The notes under the pieces are model-generated. The model did not search any database. It was not told the DNA's origin and saw only the letters and a program-made list of their open reading frames with translations. The position numbers and the translations under genes are program-made. DNA of 64,000 nucleotides from an uncultured Slackia sp. (GTDB lineage: Bacteria > Actinomycetota > Coriobacteriia > Coriobacteriales > Eggerthellaceae): positions 23,578-87,577 of the forward strand of contig NZ_CAUHPG010000007.1 in NCBI RefSeq assembly GCF_959608125.1, given 5' to 3'. How positions within the stretch are numbered: position 1 is the stretch's first letter; each line of letters starts with the position of its first letter. This document shows, one piece after another, positions 57,650 through 64,000 of the stretch.

Positions 57650-59587
57650 ATGTCGACCACAGGTTTGAGCCGCCGCGATTTCTTTAAAGGAGCGGCCGCG
57701 GGCACGATGGGCGTCGCCGCACTCGGCGCCCTTGGAGGTTGTGCGCCAAGCACTTCGAAAGGTACGGAAACCGTCGCAAGCGAAACCAGCCAGGCGGGCA
57801 CCTACGACGTCATGGCTGAGCTGTCCACCTATAACCGCGGCGAAAATCCCGACAAGACCGCAGCCACCACGCCCGAGGAATTCATCGTCTCGAAGGGCGA
57901 CGGCGTGCTTTCCGCCGGCGGCGGCGTCGAGGAGCTTGGCATCTCTCCCGCCGACTTCATGCTCAACACTCCCGCATGGCTTGGAACCGCCCCCGAGATT
58001 TCCGATATCGCCGACGAGGAATCGTGCGAGGTTCTGGTCATCGGCGCCGGCAACGCGGGCACGGCGGCCGCGCTGCATGCGCAGGTTCTCGGCGCGAACG
58101 TGTGCCTCGCGGAAATGCAGACCTACGACGAATACGACGAATATGCCTGCGATATGGCCTGCTACAACTCCAAGATTTTTCTCGACAAGGGCACGCCTGA
58201 GATCGACACCATGGAAGTATTCAACGAGTACATGCGCCTTTCCCGCGGCCATGCCCACCAGAAGCTGGTGCGCGACTACGCAACCCGTTCGGGCGAAATG
58301 CTCGACTTCCTCATGGAGTACATCCCCCAGGATTACATCGACCAGTACGCCCACACCTCCAATTACAAAGGCAACGAGAACTTCTCGGGCGAATGCTGCG
58401 GCCAAAAATCGTGGCCTGCCATGACCCAGTGGCGCGATGTCGATTCCAACATCAACATGTGGCCCTTCGTCATTCGTACCCTTCACGCGGCACTCGAAGA
58501 GCAGGGTGGCACCATCAAATGGGGCTACCAGGGTGTAGTGCTGACCCAGGCGGAAGATGGGTCGGTGAACGGTGCCATCTTCAAGGATGTGGACGGCGCC
58601 TATCATAAGATTTCAGCCAAAGCCGTCTTGATGGCGGCGGGCGATTTCGGCGGCAACCCCGACATGCGCCTCGACCTTGCCGACCAGATGCGAAACACCG
58701 GCTGGTCGCACGGGCTCGACCGCAACGACCCTTCCAACCTCGGCGGCATGGGCCGCGACGGCAGCGGTATTCGTATGTGCCTGTGGGCGGGCGCCACGAT
58801 GGAGGGCGGCCCGCGTGCCGGCCAGGCTTGCGGCATCAACGGCGTTCCCGGATTCGCCTTCGGCGGCGCGTGGCCCTGCTTCGGCAACGACGGCAAACGC
58901 TTCATCAACGAGACCATGGTCAAGCACGGCACGAATGGCTATCTCGACATGCTTCCCGCCGATTTCCTCATGGCCAACGTAACCGATGCAAACTGGGAAA
59001 CCTATCTTTCCTACCAGGGCTACGGCCATGAGACCATGGACCGCTCTTCCGACTATATGGTCGAGGAGGTCCGCCAGAACATGGCCGACTACAAGACGGG
59101 ACCCGACGGATTCAACGTGCGCGCATTCTCTCGCTTCGGCAAGGAATACATGCCTGTTTACGCCGCCGATACGCTCGAAGAGCTTGCCGACATCATCGGC
59201 TACACGGGAGAAGCGAAAGAGAACTTCCTCGCCGAGGTGCAGCGTTACAACGAGTTGTGCGAAAAAGGACACGACGACGACTGGGGATGCGACCCGCAGA
59301 ATCTCTTCCCTATCAAAGACGCCCCGTTCTTCGCCAGCTTCGGCAAAACGGGAGGCAACCCCTCCAACGGCCTCTGCCAGCACGCCGCCGTCTGCACCGA
59401 CGGCCGCTATCAGGTGCTCACCGGCGAGAAAACGGTCATCAAAGGCCTTTATGCCGCGGGCAACAACTGCGGACAGCGCTACGGCATCCAGTATGCGACG
59501 CCGACGGCAGGCAACAGTTGCGGTTCGGCACTGACCAGCGGCTATTGCGCTGCGGAATCGGTTGTTGAAGACATCGAATCTGCATAG
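57650..59587 (+). CDS. Tat-exported lipoprotein FAD-dependent oxidoreductase (fumarate reductase superfamily)
   Basis: SRRDFFK, LGGC lipobox, VIGAGNAG, AAGDF, GRDGSG, KGLYAAGN; AAGGAG RBS. Confidence 0.9.
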   Translation: MSTTGLSRRDFFKGAAAGTMGVAALGALGGCAPSTSKGTETVASETSQAGTYDVMAELSTYNRGENPDKTAATTPEEFIVSKGDGVLSAGGGVEELGISPADFMLNTPAWLGTAPEISDIADEESCEVLVIGAGNAGTAAALHAQVLGANVCLAEMQTYDEYDEYACDMACYNSKIFLDKGTPEIDTMEVFNEYMRLSRGHAHQKLVRDYATRSGEMLDFLMEYIPQDYIDQYAHTSNYKGNENFSGECCGQKSWPAMTQWRDVDSNINMWPFVIRTLHAALEEQGGTIKWGYQGVVLTQAEDGSVNGAIFKDVDGAYHKISAKAVLMAAGDFGGNPDMRLDLADQMRNTGWSHGLDRNDPSNLGGMGRDGSGIRMCLWAGATMEGGPRAGQACGINGVPGFAFGGAWPCFGNDGKRFINETMVKHGTNGYLDMLPADFLMANVTDANWETYLSYQGYGHETMDRSSDYMVEEVRQNMADYKTGPDGFNVRAFSRFGKEYMPVYAADTLEELADIIGYTGEAKENFLAEVQRYNELCEKGHDDDWGCDPQNLFPIKDAPFFASFGKTGGNPSNGLCQHAAVCTDGRYQVLTGEKTVIKGLYAAGNNCGQRYGIQYATPTAGNSCGSALTSGYCAAESVVEDIESA

Positions 59588-59685
59588 CCCAACCATAAAG
59601 AAGGTCGGCGGGGAACACTCGCCGACCTTCGCGTTGAGGCAAGCAGCAGCACCGTGTGCCAGGAGCATGAAAAGAGGAGCTAGCC

Positions 59686-60561
59686 ATGAACCGCCGCCCG
59701 ATTCCTATGAAAATAGAAATCCCCTTCACTCGAAGATGCCCTCGAGGTTGCTGTCACAGTGAACACGATTGGGACACTCCGCGCATGGAGCGCTATATCC
59801 AGGCGATAGAAAGAGAGGCTGCGGCCAATGCCGGCCAGTTCGAAGATTGCTCCATCGAAGCCATCCGCCTCGAGGGAGGGTGCGCCTCTCTTGCACCCGC
59901 CTCCTGCATCTCCGACCTCATGAGGACTATCCGACGCATCTATCACGGGGCGGACAACGCGCCCATAACCATGACAGCCTCCATCGCCGATATATCGGGC
60001 GCTACGATGCCGTATTTCCGAAGGGCACGGATTTCACGCTTCGATTTCATGATGATGTCGCTCGACACGTTCGATTTCGCGCGCGTGAACACCAGAGACA
60101 ACCTGAGAGATTTTCCCCTTATATGCGAGTGCTTCCTTCATTCCTACGCCAACGACACACTTGGCCTCGTTCTAGCATATGGCCTCGAGAGCAACAGCAT
60201 CGTGTTCAGGAGATCGCTTTTCGCCGCCTTGAGAAACAACTGCCGGCATATCGAACTGACGCGCTGGACGGGGCAGGGGGCGGCGAGCGACGACGAAGCC
60301 GAAGCCCAGCTTAGTGAAGGACGAAAGATTCTTTTCAATGAGGGATTCACGGAATACGCACCGCTTTTCTTCGCCGCCGCCGGGCACGAGGACCGCTGTA
60401 TCGCCGCCAGAGCGCAAAACGGAGACATCCTCTCTTTCGGCTTAGGGGCTGAAACACGCATAGATGGCATACAGAGCATCAATACGTCCGATATCGGAAC
60501 GTATCTCAGCCATTCCGACGACTACTCCCTCATCACTGCGGAAATAAAGCCCTTAAAATAG
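59686..60561 (+). CDS. Degenerate HemN/HemW-like radical-SAM-fold protein
   Basis: IEIPF start, RYIQAIERE, EGGCAS (cf. GGGTPS), YGL, HIEL, GFTEY, LSFGLGA, INTSDIGTYL colinear with HemW; GAGGAG RBS. Confidence 0.65.
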   Translation: MNRRPIPMKIEIPFTRRCPRGCCHSEHDWDTPRMERYIQAIEREAAANAGQFEDCSIEAIRLEGGCASLAPASCISDLMRTIRRIYHGADNAPITMTASIADISGATMPYFRRARISRFDFMMMSLDTFDFARVNTRDNLRDFPLICECFLHSYANDTLGLVLAYGLESNSIVFRRSLFAALRNNCRHIELTRWTGQGAASDDEAEAQLSEGRKILFNEGFTEYAPLFFAAAGHEDRCIAARAQNGDILSFGLGAETRIDGIQSINTSDIGTYLSHSDDYSLITAEIKPLK

Positions 60562-60614
60562 CATTCCTCCATCGAGTTTACTTTGCAACTCGAATGCCCC
60601 TTTACCCGATAAAC

Positions 60615-60646
60615 AAAAACGCCCCGTCAAAACGACGGGGCGTTTG
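60615..60646 (-). terminator. Terminator of the rpsF-ssb-rpsR-rplI operon
   Basis: AAACGCCCCGTC-AAAAC-GACGGGGCGTTT. Confidence 0.75.
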
Positions 60647-60665
60647 CATGCGTGGAAAAGCGCGC

Positions 60666-61196
60666 TTATTCGGCAGCTTCCTCGGTAGCCTCGACGGCCT
60701 CTTCGGCGGTCTCGACTTCCTCGACGACCTCCTCAGCGGCCTCTTCGGCCATGGCCTCGCCGACGACGAGGTTGAGGTCGACCTTGATGTCGCGGTAGAT
60801 GGACAGAGCCACGACATGCTCGCCAGCAGTCTTGATGGCCTTCTTGAGCTCAAGACGCTTGCGGTCGATTTCGATGCCCAGCTCGGCCTTGACGGCATCG
60901 GCGATCATGGCGGCGGTCACGGAGCCGAAGAGGACGCCCTCTTCGCCGACCTTGACCTCGACCAGGACCTTCTTGCCCTCGAGGGCAGCCTTGAGAGCGT
61001 TGGCATCGGCGATGCGCTGCTCTTCGCGCTTGGCGATGTTGTCCTTGCGCTGCTCCAGCTGCTTCAGGTTGCCCTTGGTAGCAAGGACAGCCATCTTCTG
61101 GGGACCAAGATAGTTGTTGAAGAAGCCGCGGGCGACCTCAACGACGTCGCCTTCGCCACCCTTGCCCTTCAACTCGGTAAGCAGGATAACCTTCAT
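60666..61196 (-). CDS. rplI: 50S ribosomal protein L9
   Basis: MKVILL, GDVVEVARG, LFGSVT; acidic C-terminal tail. Confidence 0.97.
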   Translation of the reverse strand: MKVILLTELKGKGGEGDVVEVARGFFNNYLGPQKMAVLATKGNLKQLEQRKDNIAKREEQRIADANALKAALEGKKVLVEVKVGEEGVLFGSVTAAMIADAVKAELGIEIDRKRLELKKAIKTAGEHVVALSIYRDIKVDLNLVVGEAMAEEAAEEVVEEVETAEEAVEATEEAAE

Positions 61197-61205
61197 GGAA
61201 ACCTC

Positions 61206-61466
61206 CTAGCGGTTGCGACGATCGCCGCGGCCGCTGACAGCAGGCACCGTGTAGGGCATGAGAGCCATCTCACGAGCATTCTTGATAGCGGTGGCGATAT
61301 CGCGCTGGTGCTGGACGCAAGCGCCCGTCACACGACGGGGCTTGATCTTGCCACGATCGGTCATGTATTTGCGCAGCATAGCCGTGTCTTTGTAATCGAC
61401 GTACTGCGTGTCCTCTTTGCAGAACTGGCAGTACTTGCGGCGCGGCTGCTTGGTGTATTCAGCCAT
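61206..61466 (-). CDS. rpsR: 30S ribosomal protein S18 (Zn-ribbon form)
   Basis: [31 protein letters not shown]. Confidence 0.97.
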   Translation of the reverse strand: MAEYTKQPRRKYCQFCKEDTQYVDYKDTAMLRKYMTDRGKIKPRRVTGACVQHQRDIATAIKNAREMALMPYTVPAVSGRGDRRNR

Positions 61467-61517
61467 GATTTCCTCTTTCAAATCCTTTTAAGATACTGAT
61501 GTCGGTGGTTCGCAGGC

Positions 61518-61961
61518 CTAGAAGGGGATGTCCTCGTCATAGACAGAGGTATCCACCACAGGAGCCGCAGGCATCGCCGCGGGGGCGTATGCCGGAGCGG
61601 ACATGCGCGGCATGCCGGCGTTGCCGCCGCCATCGCGCGAAGTCATGAGCTCGATCTCGTCGACGATGACTTCGATCTTGCTACGCTTCTGACCATCGCG
61701 CTCCCACTGGGACCAGCGAAGCTTTCCTTCGATGGCAACCTTCGAACCCTTGCTCAGGAAACGAGAGACGCTTTCGGCGCGAGCTCCGAACATCGTGCAG
61801 TCGATGAAGTTCGGGTAGTCCTCCCATTCGCCCGTCTGCTGGTTCTTGCGACGGTCGTTGACCGCCACGCCGAAGCCGAGAACCGGAAAACCGTTCGCGG
61901 TCTGACGCAGCTCGGGATCGCGCGTGAGGTTGCCCGATATGACCACTTTGTTGATGCTCAT
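61518..61961 (-). CDS. ssb: Single-stranded DNA-binding protein
   Basis: NKVVISGNLTRDPELR, KGSKVAIEGKL, C-terminal DIPF. Confidence 0.97.
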   Translation of the reverse strand: MSINKVVISGNLTRDPELRQTANGFPVLGFGVAVNDRRKNQQTGEWEDYPNFIDCTMFGARAESVSRFLSKGSKVAIEGKLRWSQWERDGQKRSKIEVIVDEIELMTSRDGGGNAGMPRMSAPAYAPAAMPAAPVVDTSVYDEDIPF

Positions 61962-62024
61962 TGCTCTTCCTCATTCCTTACAGCAACGAGGGCGTTCGCC
62001 CTCAATCCGATAGCTCGATCGCAA

Positions 62025-62318
62025 TTAGTCGCGATCCTCGCGATGGACGATCTTGTGGCGGACCACCGCGTCGGTGATGCGCAGCACTCGATCGAGCTCC
62101 GCGATGTTAGCGGGATTTGCATGGAAATCGATCAGGGTGTACTCACCCTCGGTCAGGCCCTCGACCTCGAAAGCAAGCTTGCGCTTGCCCCAGTCCTCGA
62201 CGTTGTCGACCTTGCCCTCGCCCTCGGCGATGGTGGTCTCGATACGCTTCATGACTGCCAAACGGGTTTCGTCGTCGATCGTAGGCGCGACAAAGAACAA
62301 CAATTCATAAGCCTTCAT
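62025..62318 (-). CDS. rpsF: 30S ribosomal protein S6
   Basis: MKAYE, WGKRKLAF, ELDRVLRI.D.V.R. Confidence 0.96.
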   Translation of the reverse strand: MKAYELLFFVAPTIDDETRLAVMKRIETTIAEGEGKVDNVEDWGKRKLAFEVEGLTEGEYTLIDFHANPANIAELDRVLRITDAVVRHKIVHREDRD

Positions 62319-62321
62319 TAT

Positions 62322-62382
62322 GTCACCTCCTCTGGACTTACGGCCCCGGGACGCATGAAGGCATCTGCCCGGGACAGGAAAC
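62322..62382 (-). promoter_or_regulatory. S6:S18 ribosomal protein leader (autoregulatory mRNA element)
   Basis: Hairpin (CCCGGG arms) followed by GGCCG-TAAGTCCA-GAGGAGGTG, the CCR motif next to the SD seen in rpsF leaders; -10 TACTAT at 62389-62394. Confidence 0.65.
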
Positions 62383-62656
62383 CTGGCTATAGTACCAGCA
62401 AGACGAGCCCGATGCAAATACAAAATCCCACGTCGGCACGCACATCACAACTTGTCCATGAGCATAGCCCTGCAACCCGGCGCGCTTTTCGCAGATTCTT
62501 AGTCGCGAGCCGGGCGAGAAATATCCGACGCACGGCCGATTTCGGGTTTCCCTATGCACGAGCGCCTTCGGGAGAAAAAACGCGAAGGACGTCTCTTATA
62601 CTGCGAGACGAACGAAAGCCGCGACGCACGGGCGTCGCATGAAAAAAGGAGATGCC

Positions 62657-63130
62657 ATGGCGGATAGGAATGTCGAAAGCGACGCTATCGGAGTTCCCCA
62701 ACTCGACGAGACCCTCGAGGTCCTGCTGCTGCAGACGATCGAAGAGGCGCAGCAGCGCATGGACGACGGCGAGGACGTCGTTCCCTTTACCGCTCTGCTC
62801 GTGGGCGAATCGGTCTTCGAAGAAACTCACACCGGCACGACCGACGAATGCTTCGAGTCTGCCCAGAACGCCGTCGAGGGCGCCGAAGGCGCTCGCGCGT
62901 ATGCGTTCTGCTACGACGGCTACGTCGAGACCGACGACGGCGACAAGGACGCCATCATCGCCGAGGGCGGCATGGCAGGCGAGACCGCAGGCGTTGCCGT
63001 GGGCCTGCTCTACACCGAGGGCGAAAACGGCATCGAGTTCGAGGAGGAGGTCTGCTACATCGCAGAGGCTCCGAACTTCCTCGCCGGCAAAGAACCCGTC
63101 TCCGACATCATCGAAGACGACGAGGAATAA
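62657..63130 (+). CDS. Highly acidic hypothetical protein
   Basis: AAAGGAG RBS, strong GC3 bias, own terminator at 63150-63178. Confidence 0.8.
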   Translation: MADRNVESDAIGVPQLDETLEVLLLQTIEEAQQRMDDGEDVVPFTALLVGESVFEETHTGTTDECFESAQNAVEGAEGARAYAFCYDGYVETDDGDKDAIIAEGGMAGETAGVAVGLLYTEGENGIEFEEEVCYIAEAPNFLAGKEPVSDIIEDDEE

Positions 63131-63282
63131 ATTCCATTCCCGCCCTTTCAAAGCCCGCCCTTCGGCGGGCTTTTTTTCGGAGCGAATTCGGCCGTACGGA
63201 TAGTCTCGAAAAAAATGCAAGCAAACGCAACGTTTCGCGCACCTCACGCATGTTAAGGGAAAGCCCGAAAGAAAGGAGCGCG

Positions 63283-63798
63283 ATGAAGCCGCCACGCCTA
63301 CGCAGCGAAATCTTCATGACGCAGGCCATGGACGCCTGGGGCGACACCGTATATCGCATCGCCCTTTCCCACATGCGCTCGGTACCTGACGCCGAAGACG
63401 TCACGCAGGACGTCTTCGTGAAGCTCCTGAAAAACACGACGGCTTTCGAAGACGAAGACCATCTCAAAGCATGGCTTATCTCCGTAACGCTCAACCGATG
63501 CCGCGAGATGCAGCGCTTGGCGGAACGACGAAAAACCGTCCCTTCGGAAAAGGTTCCCGACGAACGAGCAGCCCCCGCAGCCGACGAGAGAGTCCTCTCG
63601 CGCGCAAGTCCGGTCTGGAAAGCGCTCGGGACCCTTCCGCCTGATATGAGATCGGCCCTGCATTTGCGCTACGTAGAGGGCTATTCGGCGGAAGAAATCG
63701 CGGAAATGGCGCGACATCGCCCCTCGACCGTACGCTCGTGGCTCTTCAGGGGCCGCAAAAAGATGAGACTCGCCCTCGAAGGAAAGGACGACCTATGA
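63283..63798 (+). CDS. ECF sigma-70 factor
   Basis: DAEDVTQDVF, KAWL...N.C region 2; LRYVEGYSAEEIA...STVRSWL.RGR region 4; AAAGGAG RBS. Confidence 0.9.
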   Translation: MKPPRLRSEIFMTQAMDAWGDTVYRIALSHMRSVPDAEDVTQDVFVKLLKNTTAFEDEDHLKAWLISVTLNRCREMQRLAERRKTVPSEKVPDERAAPAADERVLSRASPVWKALGTLPPDMRSALHLRYVEGYSAEEIAEMARHRPSTVRSWLFRGRKKMRLALEGKDDL

Positions 63799-64000
63799 GC
63801 ACCGGCCCCATGAACGACTACCGAAACGCAATGGAGAAAACGAGACTTTCGCCCGAACAGAGGAAACGTCTCGAAAACGCCGTCTCCCAGGCGCGAGCGC
63901 GCGAAGAGGCCGGCGCCATCGCGCGCCCTGCGCCTCGCGTGGTCACACGGCGTGCGTTCGCAATCGGCGCAGCGGCGGCAGCCTTCGCCGGACTTGCCGG
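63795..64000 (+). CDS. Probable anti-sigma factor, N-terminal part (runs off the window)
   Basis: ATGA overlap with the sigma stop codon; YRNAMEK... then TRRAF and a hydrophobic segment. Confidence 0.6.
   Translation, partial: MSTGPMNDYRNAMEKTRLSPEQRKRLENAVSQARAREEAGAIARPAPRVVTRRAFAIGAAAAAFAGLA

Noticed and set aside
63221..63255. ECF autoregulatory promoter (GCAAC...CGCAT)
   Set aside because: Spacing and -10 do not match a known consensus well enough

Overview
High-GC bacterial chromosomal window, most consistent with Coriobacteriia (Eggerthellaceae-like): it has membrane-anchored LuxR regulators paired with Tat-exported flavin oxidoreductases and a MenK-like radical SAM enzyme. It is probably origin-proximal, given a perfect parS site and rpsF-ssb-rpsR-rplI plus dnaB. 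Most genes are housekeeping (purA/purB/purD, murE, asnB, cydAB, nagAB, a trkA pair, tRNA-Phe), interspersed with small accessory islets. No CRISPR-cas, integrase, transposase or prophage was seen. Most unusual signals: (1) a Fic gene bracketed by ~190-bp diverged direct repeats, each ending in a palindrome with a compensatory base change; (2) an unexplained ~200-nt intergenic fold-back between yqeY and cydB; (3) a HemN/HemW-fold protein with eroded radical-SAM motifs behind a flavin reductase; (4) a murE/asnB/D-aspartate-ligase cluster implying a D-Asx peptidoglycan bridge; (5) an AT-rich cluster of DnaA-box-like sites and hairpins; (6) two reading-frame anomalies (telA lacking its expected stop; an SLH-MBL nuclease with an in-frame TAA). 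All calls come from reading the sequence; no searches were run, and identity counts are by eye.
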